DNA of 64,000 nucleotides. Origin: Octopus sinensis. Taxonomy: Eukaryota. Position 1 is the stretch's first letter. Each line of letters opens with the position of its first letter. Positions 39,586 through 52,820 of this stretch are shown here, piece by piece. A program made the translations under genes and the position numbers. The notes beneath the pieces are model-generated. The model made no database searches, was not told where the DNA came from, and was given only the letters and a program-made list of their open reading frames with translations. Location of the stretch: contig NC_043002.1 in NCBI RefSeq assembly GCF_006345805.1, forward strand, positions 42,656,001-42,720,000, written 5' to 3'.

Positions 39586-40726
39586 ATATATATATATGCA
39601 CATATATATAAATATACATTTATATATATGCACATATATATAAATATACATTTATATATACGCACATATATATAAATATACATTTATGTATACGCACATA
39701 TAAATATACATTTATGTATACGCACATATAAATATACATTTATGTATACGCACATATAAATATACATTTCTATATACGCACATATAAATATACATTTCTA
39801 TATACGCATATATAAATATACATTTCTATATACGCATATATAAATATACATTTCTATATACGCATATATAAATATACATTTCTATATACGCATATATAAA
39901 TATACATTTCTATATACGCATATATAAATATACATTTCTATATACGCATATATAAATATACATTTCTATATACGCATATATAAATATACATTTCTATATA
40001 TACACATATATAAATATACATTTCTATATATACACATATATAAATATACATTTCTATATATACACATATATAAATATACATTTCTATATATACACATATA
40101 TAAATATACATTTTATCTATTACACATATATAAATATACATTTCTATATATACACATATATAAATATACATTTCTATATATACACATATATAAATATACA
40201 TTTCTATATATACACATATATAAATATACATTTCTATATATACACATATATAAATATACATTTCTATATATACACATATATAATATACATTTCTATATAT
40301 ACCATATATAATATACATTTCTATATATACACATTTATATATATACACACATATATATACACATATATATACACATATATATACACATATATATACACAT
40401 ATATATACACATATATATATATACACATATATATATATACACATATATATATATACACATATATATATATACACACATATATATATATATACACATATAT
40501 ATATACACATATATATATATACACATATATATATATAACACATATATATTATATACACATATATATATACACATATATATATATACATATATATATATAC
40601 ACATATATATATACACACATATATATACACATATATATATATACACATATATATATATACACATATATAAATATACATTTATATATATATATACATACAT
40701 ATAAATATACATTTATATATACATAC
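39586..40726. repeat. AT-rich minisatellite, 26-30-bp units grading into (TA)/(CA) repeats
   Basis: Units cgcacatataaatatacatttatgtata, then cgcatatataaatatacatttctatata, then tacacatatataaatatacatttctatata. Confidence 0.95.
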
Positions 40727-42990
40727 GTAGGTAGAAACTCTATAAGGTGCACCAAGTGTAAGCTATGGACACATAAGAGGTGCAGCAATGTCAAAGGAAG
40801 GCTAACTAAGAAAATAGTTTTTGTCTGTGGCAGATGCTCAAGAGAAATAAACACTGGAAATGTGCAGAGACCAACTTCTACCACGTTCCAGGGAGACAAA
40901 CTAGAAGTAGTTGATAGCTTCCGCTACCTAGGAGACCAAGTCAGTAGCGGGGGTGGGTGTGCTGAAAGTGTAACTGCTAGAGTAAGAATAGCCTGGGCAA
41001 AGTTTAGAGAGCTCTTACTCCTGCTGGTGACAAAAGGCCTCTCGCTAAGAGTAAAAGGCAGACTATATGATGCGTGTGTACGTACAGCCATGCTACATGG
41101 TAGTGAAACATGGGCCGTGACAGCTGAGGATATGCGTAAGCTTGCAAGAAATGAAGCCAGTATGCTCCGATGGATGTCTAATGTCAGTGTTCATAATCGT
41201 CAGAGTGTAAGTACTTTGAGAGAAAAGTTGAACCTAAGAAGTGTCAGTGGTGGTGTGCAAGAGAGACGGCTGCGCTGGTATGGTCATGTGGCGAGAATGG
41301 CTGAAGATAGTTGTGTGCAAAAGTGCTACACCCTAGCAGTTGAGGGAACCTGTGGAAGAGGTAGACCCAGGAAAACCTGGGACGAGGTGGTGAAGCACGA
41401 CCTTCGAACTTTAGGTCTCACCAAGGAAATGACTGAAGACCGAGTCCTATGGAAGTGTGCTGTGCATGAGAGGACCCGGCAGGACTAGTCAGGCCATATC
41501 CCGTGGCCCCTACCTGGGACGTAGTCGATCCACCTGTGCATACCTTCCTTCTTGTGACACTTGTGAGAGACCTGCTGAGGCAAGTGAAAATCAATCAAAA
41601 TAGATGAACATCAATGGAATTTGTATCTTTGTGGTACCAGTGCCTGTGGCACACAAGAAAACCATCGGAACGTGGCCGTAGCCAGTACCGCGTGAACTCG
41701 CCTCCGTGATGTGGGAACATGGTGGCACATAAAAACACCATCCGAAGACCCGGCAAGACTAGTCAGGCCATAACCCATGGCCCCTACCTGGGACGTAGTC
41801 AGTCCACCTGTGCATACCTTCCTTCTTGTGACACTTGTGAAGACCTGTTGAGGCAAGTGAAAATCAAAATCAAAACAAATCAAAATAGATGAACATCAAT
41901 GGAATCTGTATCTTTGTGGTACCAGTGCCGGTGGCACACAAGAGAACCATCCGAACGTCCGCCGTGGCTAGCAGTTCCGCATCGACCGGCCTCCGTGCTG
42001 TGGGCACGTAAACAAAAACCATCCATCATGGCCGTTCGCCAGCCTCATCTGGCGCACCTGTGTCGGTGGCAACATAAAAACACCTTCCGAAGACCCGGCA
42101 AGACTAGTCAGTCCACCTGTGCATACCTTCCTCTTGTGACACCTGTGAAGACCGGTTGAGGCAAGTGAAAATCAAATCAAATCAAAATAGACAAATAGAT
42201 GAACATCAATGGAATTTGTATCTTGTGGTACCAGTGCCTGTGGCACACAAGAAATCCATCAGTGCTGTAGTCAGTGCGGTGGGCACATGACAAACCCCAT
42301 CCGATCGTGGCCGTTCGCCAGCCTCATCTAGCAGCTGTGTCGGTGGCACATAAAAGCACCATCCGAAGACCCGGCAAGACTAGTCAGGCCATAACCCATG
42401 GCCCCTACCTGGGACGTAGTCAGTCCAACTGTGCATACCTTCCTTCTTGTGACACTTGATAAGACCTGTTGAGGCAAGTGAAAATCAAATCAAAACAAAT
42501 CAAAATAGATGAACATCAATGGAATTTGTATCCTTGTGGTACCAGTGCCGGTGGCACGTGGCACACAAGAAAACCATCCGAACGTGGCCGTAGCCAGTAC
42601 CGCATCGACTGGCCTCCGTGCTGTGGGCACGTAACAAGCACCATCCGATCGTGGCCGTTTTGCCAGCCTCATCTGGCACCTGTGTCGGTGGCACATAAAA
42701 ACACCATCCGAGCGTGGCCGTCTGCCAGCCTCGTCTGGCACCTGTGTCGGCGGCACATAAAAAACACCATCCGAGCGTGGCCGTTTGCCAGCCTCGTCTG
42801 GCACCTGTGTCGGTGGCACATAAAATCACCCACTACACTCTCGGAGTGGTTGGCGTTAGGAAGGGCATCCAGCTGTAGAAACACTGCCAGATCTGACTGG
42901 ACTGGTGCAGCTTTCGGGCTCCCCAGACCCCAGTTGAACCGTCCAACCCATGCTAGCATGGAAAGCGGACGTTAAATGATGATGATGATG
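40727..42990 (+). mobile_element. Young 5'-truncated RTE: RT C-terminus plus ~1.5-kb modular tandem 3'UTR and (GAT)n tail
   Basis: Open frame through 41488 ([19 protein letters not shown]...VCGRC...[11 protein letters not shown]...HGSETWA...GRGRPRKTW). An identical 28-mer, atataaatatacatttatatatacatac, flanks both ends (40699-40726, 42991-43018). Confidence 0.92.
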
Positions 42991-44210
42991 ATATAAATAT
43001 ACATTTATATATACATACATATAAATATACATACATATATACATACATATAAATATACATACATATATACATACATATAAATATACATACATATATACAT
43101 ACATATAAATATACATACATATATACATACATATAAATATACATACATATATACATACATATAAATATACATACATATATACATACATATAAATATACAT
43201 ACATATATACATACATATAAATATACATACATATATACATACATATAAATATACATACATATATACATACATATAAATATACATACATATATACATACAT
43301 ATAAATATACATACATATATACATACATATAAATATACATACATATATACATACATATAAATATACATTTATATATACATACATATAAATATACATTTAT
43401 ATATACATACATATATACATTTATATATACATACATATATACATTTATATATACATACATATAAATATACATTTATATATACAACATATAAATATACATT
43501 TATATATACATACATATAAATATACATTTATATATACATACATATAAAATATACTTTATATATACATACATATAAATATACATTTATATATACATACTAT
43601 AAATATACATTTATATATACATACATATAAATATACATTTATATATACATATAAATATACATTATATATACATACATATAAATATACATTTATATATACA
43701 TACATATAAATATACATTTATATATACATACATATAAATATACATTTATATATACATACATATAAATATACATTTATATATACATACATATAAATATACA
43801 TTTATATATACATACATATAAATATACATTTATATATACATACATATAAATATACATTTATATATGCATACATATAAATATACATTTATATATGCATACA
43901 TATAAATATACATTTATATATACATACATATAAATATACATTTATATATACATACATATAAATATACATTTATATATACATACATATAAATATACATTTA
44001 TATATACATACATATAAATATACATTTATATATACATACATATAAATATACATTTATATATACATATATATAAATATACATTTATATATACATATATATA
44101 TAAATATACATTTATATATACATATATATATAAATATACATTTATATATACATATATATAAATATACATTTATATATACATATATATAAATATACATTTA
44201 TATATATATA
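42991..44210. repeat. AT-rich minisatellite, ~28-bp unit
   Basis: catacatataaatatacat(aca/tta)tata in tandem; same family as 39586-40726. Confidence 0.95.
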
Positions 44211-45479
44211 CATCATCATCACTTAAAGTCCGTTTTCCATGCTAGCATGGGTTGGACGGTTCGACCAGGCTCTGGAAGCCATGGAAGTTGCACCAGGCTC
44301 TACTCTGATTTGGCAGTGTTTTTACAGCGCTGGCATCTGCCACGTTCGGATGGTGCTTTTTACGTGTCACCAGTATGAGTGTCTTAACTACAATTTCCAT
44401 TTGAATTTTTATTTTGATGTACTTGACTCAAAAGGTCTCCTGAAAAACAGCGGGTCACTCTACGATCCAAGGTTAGCACAGCAGGCTGTCCTGCGAGCCA
44501 TGAACTAACTTCATTTGTCAGGTCTTCGAAGTCACAGCATATCTCCAGAGGTCTCGGTCTTTTGTTATAGCCTCTGGGAGACTCAAAGTATGAAAATCAT
44601 GCTTGACCATCTTGTCCCATGTCTTCCTGGGTCTACCTCTACCCTGGATTCCTTCAACAGTTTGGGAGTAGCACTTCTTCACACAGCTCTCCTCATCCAT
44701 CCATAGAACATGACCATACCAATGCAATTGTCTCTCCTGCACACTGCATCCAATGCTTCTTATGTCCAATATTTCTCTCAGGGCGCTTACACTCTGTCGT
44801 GCATGGACACTGACATTACACATCCAGCGGATCATGCTAGCTTCATTTCTTTCAAGCCTACGCATGTCCCCTGCAGTCACAGCCCATGTTTCACTGCCGT
44901 GAAGCATGGCAGTTCGCACACATGCGTTGTACAATGTACCTTTCACTCTGAGTGAGAGACTAGTTTCTCCCCAAGGAGTGTAATAGAATCTGTTCTGAGT
45001 ATCAATGGCGTCTATTGCCCCTGTGCATCTGCTGCACACGAAAGCTATCTCCTCGGTTAATTTTCCTTTGATTATTGCTGCACCTCTTATGTGTCCATAG
45101 CTTACACTGGGTACATCTTATGGAGTTTCTACCTACGCCTTTTCTACAGACTGATCAGGGCCACCTACCTGAAGGGGTGTGTGGTGAGTTTGCCTTCCTA
45201 CTTACTAGGACTTTGGCCTTTTGATTCTAAACCTAGCTTCCACACCCGAAATGTCTTCTCTAGTTCCGGAAGTGATTCTGCTACGAGGGCTAAGTCATCA
45301 GCATAAGGGAGCTCCCAGGGACAACCTGTCTTAAATTCCTCTGTTATTGCCTGGAGGACTATGATGAATAGAAGGGGGCTGCAACTTCTACCTGGAATTC
45401 TTCACTGTACTCATTGCCTATCCTAACCTTATTAACAGCCTCTCTGTAAAGGGCCTGTACAGCCCTTATTAACCGTTCG
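44211..45479 (-). mobile_element. RTE LINE 3' part, running into the assembly gap
   Basis: ORF 44518-45039(-) [25 protein letters not shown]...GRGRPRKTW; ELPYADDLAL at about 45300; (cat)n tail at 44211. Confidence 0.9.
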
Positions 45480-45579
45480 NNNNNNNNNNNNNNNNNNNNN
45501 NNNNNNNNNNNNNNNNNNNNNNNNNNNNNNNNNNNNNNNNNNNNNNNNNNNNNNNNNNNNNNNNNNNNNNNNNNNNNNN
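45480..45579. other. Scaffold gap (100 N)
   Basis: Run of N. Confidence 1.
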
Positions 45580-46330
45580 TGTAGTGATGATGGTGTTTGG
45601 AGGTGGGGGAGGTAATAGTGGGGAAAGCAAGGGTGAGGTGTGGGTTAGGCTGAGGGTGGGAGTAGAGTTGGAGTATGCGGGAGTGGGTGTAAGGGATGGG
45701 GTGGGATTACAAAGGGGTGATGACGAAGGGGGAAGAAAGGAGAGTAGGAGTCGGAGCAAGAGAGAAGAGGTGGGTGGATGGAAGTAGGTGTGAGGGGGAC
45801 AGAGGTTAGATGAAGAGAAGAGGAGAGTTGAGCCAATGTGGCACAAAGGAAAGAAGAGATAAGATTAATCCTTGTTCATGGTACAAACGGGAGTCCGGAC
45901 GGCACCTGTACAAGGACAACCTGAACATAGACAGGTGTTGCAAAGAGTGACTGGTAGAGCGGAAATGACATGAAACTGGGGTGTCATTGCTGAGTTGGAT
46001 GTCTTGGAGGTGTTCCACGAACTGATCAGCCAAGCGGAGTCCTGTTTGCCTGATGTACAGAGAAGGGCAGAGAGAGCAGAAGATGCAGTAGGTGACATTG
46101 GTAGAAGTGCAGGTGAAGGATGGTGATGTGATAGGGCCAATGATGGGTGTCTGTGAGGAGGGTAGTGTTGGAGAGGTAAGGGCAAGTGCGGCAGCATGGG
46201 CAGGAGCAGGGGAATGAGCAGGGTTGGGAGGTTGGCTTAGGGAAGAAGCTGTTGACCAAGAGGTCTTGTAGGTTGTTGGCTCGTTTGAAGGAGGGGAGTT
46301 GACGGAAGGCTCAGAGAATGGTGTGTTGGG
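45580..46330 (-). mobile_element. Penelope-like element (Neptune-type) GIY-YIG endonuclease fragment with low-complexity 3' region
   Basis: ORF 45806-46345: FTCTSTNVTYCIFCSLCPSLYIRQTGLRLADQFVEHLQDI...PVSCHF...EQGLI...PHWLN, matching the PLE GIY-YIG pattern (CxxC, YIGxTxRxLxxRFxEH, PxGLN). Confidence 0.85.
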
Positions 46331-46494
46331 GAGACGTATATACACCTAAAAATATGTATACACATATATATACATACAGATATGTATATATATACACACA
46401 CACATACATATCTATATATATACATATATACACATGCACAGATATACATATGCACACATAGATATCTATATGCACCCATACCTATATACATACA

Positions 46495-46530
<36 letters not shown>

Positions 46531-46846
46531 GGGGCACAGAAAGTGTGCCTATAGCCAGCTGGAGATGTTCTCCTGGGGCTACAAGCTACAGTAACATCCA
46601 CCCTTAGTGGTTAGCCATATTGAGATGATAAATATACCTCACATTGTCGTTACTGTCTATACCTCGTTCAGAGATTTATTATTGCGTATATATATATATA
46701 ATATATATAGGCATAGAGAGACTAATAACCTGGTGTTGCACTGAATATATGTATGGCCCAGGACAGAATGTTGGATGACTATGGAGTGGTAATAGGAATT
46801 AAGAGATGACACTTGAAAAAACAAATGTTATGTAATGAATGTCATG

Positions 46847-46918
46847 AGCTCACAGCTGACTCAGCTATAAGATGTGGTCGATTGTTATGAATCTACATCC
46901 TAGAGCTTCATCAGAACC
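46847..46918 (-). ncRNA. Fossil minimal type I hammerhead-like motif
   Basis: Minus strand: ggtt-CTGATGA-agct..gatgt..acatc..agct-GAGT (instead of GAAA)-c agct g-TG-agct. The palindromic loop III is typical of PLE hammerheads; GAAA and the cleavage site are mutated. Confidence 0.4.
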
Positions 46919-47033
46919 TTGAATATGAAGTCCACTTTATTTGGGAAAATTACATTTTTAGAACATACAGGCCTTAGGAATGGGAAGGTTAACACTGAAT
47001 CTTATGGAAAGATCAATCCAAATGTAGAAAAAA

Positions 47034-47069
47034 GTATGCAAATATGAAGTGCACTTCATATTTGCATAC
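47034..47069. repeat. Perfect 36-bp spacerless palindrome containing two octamer motifs
   Basis: gtatgcaaatatgaagtgcacttcatatttgcatac equals its own reverse complement. Confidence 0.95.
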
Positions 47070-47289
47070 ATTTCTGGTGTCATCTTTTTGTTTGTATACC
47101 TGTTTTTTTTTTGATGTTATCTTTTTGGGTGTGCAAATGAATCATCAGTGGATCATATTTCCAAAAAATCACACTCTAAAAGTTAGAGCAGTATTGTATT
47201 TACATGAATTCAAATAAATGTCCGGTTAGAGCTATATACATTCTCTTATTCTTTTACCTGTTTGTCATTTGACTGTGGCCATGCTGCAT

Positions 47290-47600
47290 CACCATATTAA
47301 ATGGCTTTAGTCGAAGAAATTGACCCCAGGACTTATTCTTTTTAAGCCTAATATTTATTCTACTGGTCTTTTTTTTTTTTATTACCGGATCGTTAAGTTA
47401 AGGGGACAAATACAGACACACACACACATAAATATATGCATATATATAAGCTTCTTTCACTTTCTGTCTACCAAATCCACTCACAAGACTTTGGTCGGCC
47501 TGAGGCTATAGAAGACATTTTCCCAAGGTGCCATGGACTTAAACCAGAACCATGTGGTTGGGAAGCAAGATTCTTACGACACAGCCACGCGTGCGCCTAT
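47290..47600 (-). mobile_element. SINE (family of 7520)
   Basis: ctaccaaatccactcacaagactttggtcggcctgaggctatagaagac...cccaaggtgcc...cacagccacg. Confidence 0.75.
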
Positions 47601-47816
47601 ATACATACATATATAAATATATATATGTGCCACATATACGGCCATATATATATATACACAAATACATATGCAATAAACATGTAAATATACATACATATAT
47701 GTATATACATGGTGAACCACAAGTCACAAAGGGGTTTGAAATTTTAAATATGTTTTAATTACATTTATTAATTTGTTATTTAAGAGGTAATTTTTCATAA
47801 CTAATACACACTTATT

Positions 47817-47859
<43 letters not shown>

Positions 47860-48470
47860 CACCACTATAACCTTCACTTTTCCAAGTCTGCATGCATGAA
47901 ATAGGATTCATTCACATAGGTTTTCCTGCTCTGTCTTGTGAAGTAAACCTATATTTCCCCTTGGCCAGATATGCTTGCTTACATGAAAACTGCAAAATGC
48001 AAGACACACCACTTGTAAGATGGTAACAATTAAGTAATATCACCATACAACATATACAGAGACACACACCTGAATTGAAACCAGCCTGTTTCATTAGAAA
48101 TGTGGTAATTAAAGAGCAAAGACTTTTTTAAAAAATGGCAGTCCTGCAAATGATGACATTGTTGCCGTTTGCCATGTCATTAGGTCACATATTGGCCTTG
48201 CACCTTCTAAGATGTGTTGGAATATGAAATTCCTAACTGGAAAAGCACGTTGGGTATGCAAAAATTAAGCATCTTTGGAGATGCGAGGCCAGCAGATGAC
48301 CTATTGACAGTTGCCATGTCATTAGGTGGCCTTGTACCTTCAAAGACATGTGGAATATGAAATCATTTACTGGAAAAACAATTGGGTTTCCAAAAGGACG
48401 GGCACCTTGCTTAGCCTGCTAGCATCGCAAAAGGAGAATAAATACGAAAGATAAAGACACTCATACAAAT

Positions 48471-48501
<31 letters not shown>

Positions 48502-48799
48502 CACTTAACCACACAAATTCACATGTATTTAAATGTGCATATAAATTTATTTTTCAATAAGTATTTAAATCAATTTGTGTGTGTATAAACGAATTTATAC
48601 ACATACACAAAGGAACACGCGCATACGTATATGAGTGTGCATAAATCCATATACAAATTTCTGTCTATATCTACACAAACTTTATGCATACACACAGAGC
48701 AATATGCGTGTGTATATATCGACTAATTCCTTGTGAGCGAAGATGGTGAACAGGACTGTGTATATAGGAAGCTCGTCGCGTGCCTGTATGTGTGTGTGT

Positions 48800-48833
<34 letters not shown>

Positions 48834-50267
48834 CATCGATGTTCTATGCCGTCCCACTCACACACGTACGGGAGTAGTTAAATGAACTAAATTTGTGTTT
48901 GTCCCCACCCATAACAGTTTGACAACTGGTGTTAGTTCGCTAGCGGTTCGACAAAAATGATTGATTGATTGTAGAATATGGACCAGGTTAAAAAAAAAAA
49001 CCCAAAGTTCCGGGGTCTAGTTCTTCAACTAAATCTTTCAAGGAGGTGCCCCACATGGCCGCAGTTCAATTACCGAAACAACTAAAATATACACTCACGC
49101 ACACACTATCTATATACGCAAAAAATAAGGTTATATGAATACCCCCCCACACACACACTATCTAAATACGCAAAAAATAAGGTTATATGAATACTCACAC
49201 TTTATATTTATACACACACACACACTATATATATATATATATATATATATAAGGGTCTACGTAGATGAAAATATATATACATTCGACAAATTCATAAATA
49301 TCCTCATATACGCACAAATTCATATATATATATATATACCATAATTATATATGGGCTAAATTTGTAACGAAAGATCGCCTATATATGAATATAAAATTAT
49401 AAAATACACATATAACAAATTCATATAAATATATACATACATAAATTTTATATAAATATATAAGCAAGTCACGCCAATGTATTTTTCATACGCGCACAAG
49501 TACATACACACACAAACTTACATTACAAATTTGTATAGACATACGTGTACGTAATTTTATATATATATATATACACACACACATGCAATCACCTATATGT
49601 AGTTTAAAATATAAATACACATACATAAAGCGTTTATATATATAAGTGCGTGCATATATACATGTATATATACACACACAGAAATATAAATATAATCATA
49701 TTCAGTCCATTTACGAAAGGAGGTTATCTAACACCTAGAGAGATATATGCAAAATTCATCGCCCAACCAGAGATTATAAGAAAATAGGATCTGATGTCTT
49801 TATTTTGCTTATACAGACAGCGTAAAAGAATTCTTTTAATTTAGGCTGGTGATGGATTAATAATTCAGTTTTAATATCTAAAATAAACAATAAATCACAA
49901 CCACCGCCAATAAATCTTCTCTATCTTAGAACTACTAATAATAATAATTATTCTAATAATACTAATAGTAATTAGACCTGTCCTACTTGGAGAGAGAGTA
50001 TGGTACTAGGGGAAGGGGGTTTGGTTGTGGCTGGTGTTAAAAACGATCGCCGTTTTTCCTTCTGCTGAAGTACCGACAAGTGATGATGACATTTGAGTCA
50101 ACAGCTTGTGATGGCCATTTTTATGAAAAGCTTCTCTTTCCTCTCTCTCAAACATCAGGTCAGAACGAAATCAACGTAACAATAGGCCGGATACTAATTT
50201 TACAGACGTTATTTAGTTTTGATATACTATCAAAATACACACGCATATATAAATATATATTTATATC

Positions 50268-50298
<31 letters not shown>

Positions 50299-51076
50299 AC
50301 GCACATATATAAATATATATATATTATATACGGACCCAACTGTCTGTAATGTAATCTTATGTGCGTGGTATATATGTGTGTGTGCATATATATATATATT
50401 TATATATATATATATTTATTGTATACGTGTATAGTGGGAGATAAAACCAGGCTTCCATTTTCCTAAATATTAAATATATCGTAAAAAATGAAATAAAATA
50501 GGAGATAATCTCCCGACACGAAATAGACATTTTAGAAAGAAGCAAACGATGGAATTACAACAGACAGAGCAAAAGGGGGTAAATGTAAATATCTCACTAA
50601 GTCCAACAGAAATTGCTTATAATAAATATTATAATATATATATGTAAATATATATATATATTATGTATATATATATATATTTATATATATATTATATATA
50701 AGGCGTACAAACAACAACAGGTGAAACGGAAGCAATAAACAAGTTGCATAAAATTCAGTCGGACAATAATATCTTCTTGTTGAAAATTAGAAAAGAGGAT
50801 AGTAGAGATAAATACAATATGAAATTTGAATAGTATAAAATAAAATAAATTGATCTTTAAGACGAAAATAAAAGGAGAAAAAGGGCCCCCTCGATGATAC
50901 TGTTTGTTCACCATGCAGATATAAATTAAATGGAGGAAGTATTTATCTAGTATATACATACATACAGACAGATTCATATATTTATCTATCTATATGTATA
51001 TATATATGAGCATTATATCTTATATTGTAGTAGTTTTATAGGAAAAAATATAAGTAAATCTCAATTTTACCTTTAC

Positions 51077-51089
51077 CTTGATTCGACAT
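51077..51089 (-). CDS. Candidate start-codon exon ATG TCG AAT CAA G (MSNQ-G), phase 1
   Basis: gtcATGTCGAATCAAG|gtaaag at the end of a CpG-rich, unique, UTR-like stretch (51090 to about 51330). An alternative donor at 51070 is also phase 1. Phase-compatible with exon 4550-4666, but linkage is unproven. Confidence 0.35.
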
Positions 51090-51099
51090 GACGTCTTAG

Positions 51100-51392
51100 T
51101 CAATATAAATCGTTGCCAAAAAATGAAATTTCTGCTGTGGATGTTGATACGGTCAGTGGGATAACTAGTATTATTGGTGACTTGTATGTATATAACGTCG
51201 TCGTAGGAATAATTTCTGAAAAGCTAACTAGGTTGCTGGTGGTAGTGTGATATTGGTTGGTGGCGGTTAGAGTAGTTTGTTACTATTGTAGTGGCAGAGT
51301 TTGGGAGTGTTGCGTGTATCTGAGTGTTTCAACGCATTGACGTGTGAGTCTATGTAAATATACACATACACACACACAATAGTGAATAATAC

Positions 51393-51438
<46 letters not shown>

Positions 51439-52490
51439 GTACGAAGGGGAAGTAACTCTTGTAAATAGGCCTAGAACTCTCTATTAGAGTCTAGTTTATT
51501 TATTTATCCCCCCACCCCCTAATCTCCTTCCAAATCAATTCATCATCGCAAGTTCTCGTGACTGTCTAAAGGGACATAAATCGCGAGAAAGTGTTTGGTT
51601 TCGGACCAAATATCCGGCAAGCTTGGGACCAAAATTGTCCCGGATTTCTGGATAGAGTCTATATAGATACTTCAAATATAAAAATAAACTTGGTAAGAAC
51701 TAAATTATATTTAAGATACATTTCAATACACTTCTAAAGCAAGGTTTTTAATATTTATTAATCGGTTTAAAATTCTCAGAATATATCATATTCTGATACA
51801 CGATGTTTGTAAGATGAAAATAAAGATAAGCGAAGTGTACGATTTTATTTAACAAATTCAGGTACAAAGTAAAATACTTCTAAAGCAGAGTATTTTTAAT
51901 CGTTATCATTCCACTTTAAAAAGTAAAGAACAAAGCTAAATTTAAAACACTGTATGTAAATTAACCAACTTCGAGAAGGTCTGTTTAGACAGGGTACAAA
52001 CAGCGTATTCTACAATATTGCACAGTATTTCCGGAATTCTGGAAATTCCGGATAAGGGGTCAGGTACTGTATTTTATTAACGTTTATTTTTAGTTGCTTT
52101 CTTTCACTGCAACTGGGAAGAAATTTTATAGAAATATATTGGCTGACTGATATATATATATTTAATATAGGTATAATTTTTTTTATTACGTGGGTAAAGA
52201 CGGAGAAACGAGAGTTTGGTTTGCAAGAACGTTATCTCAATTCTCTTTACCTCTTGCAGTTTTAACCGGAACTTAAACAAGCGCCATCTATAATAGAATT
52301 AGCGGAAACAAGGGCGATAATTTATTGGGTATTTTTTTTTAATGTACAAGAAATCACTTGACTGAGACAAATGTGAGGGACTATAGCAGACTTTGGATTC
52401 CATCTTCTGTCCAAACTAACAAAACAAAAAAACCCTTCTCAAACTCGATTGATTAAAAAAAAACAAACACAAACACAAAAAATTATTGGT
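51100..52490. promoter_or_regulatory. Candidate divergent promoter zone
   Basis: Minus-strand start exon on the left; on the plus strand a strong acceptor (ttctctttacctcttgcag|, 52258) and donor (ttg|gtaagt, about 52490) with no open frame, suggesting 5'UTR exons; CpG retained. Confidence 0.25.
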
Positions 52491-52768
52491 AAGTGGAATG
52501 ATCAAAATCAGATTATATATATACAGTTATTCTATAATCATATGAATATATGTATATATATAATATAATCTGTTACTATAAAAATATAATCCTTATTTTT
52601 ACTATCGCCAATATTTTCTTCCTTCCACTAGTTTATTATTGTGATCAGAATAATATATTTAAGAATAATAATATATTTGTTTATGCTTTTCAATTATCGA
52701 TCTTGTTGACAATCACTACACACTTATTGTGTACTAGCTTTCCCCTTTGTAAAGCTCACGATATTTAA

Positions 52769-52820
<52 letters not shown>

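Noticed and set aside
41480-42990. CRISPR-like look of the regularly spaced repeats
   Set aside because: Eukaryotic context, no unique spacers (inter-repeat sequence is itself repeated), no cas genes, and continuous with an RTE ORF and tail.
45440-45479. cgaacggttaa next to the gap, suspected to be a Penelope hammerhead end
   Set aside because: It aligns with the RTE segment (WLVRAVQAMY) seen at about 37750, so it is RTE sequence.
51590-51660. Minus-strand ggtcccaagc..ccggata resembling part of a twister ribozyme
   Set aside because: Other conserved twister elements and the pseudoknots could not be found; better explained as a MITE terminal segment.
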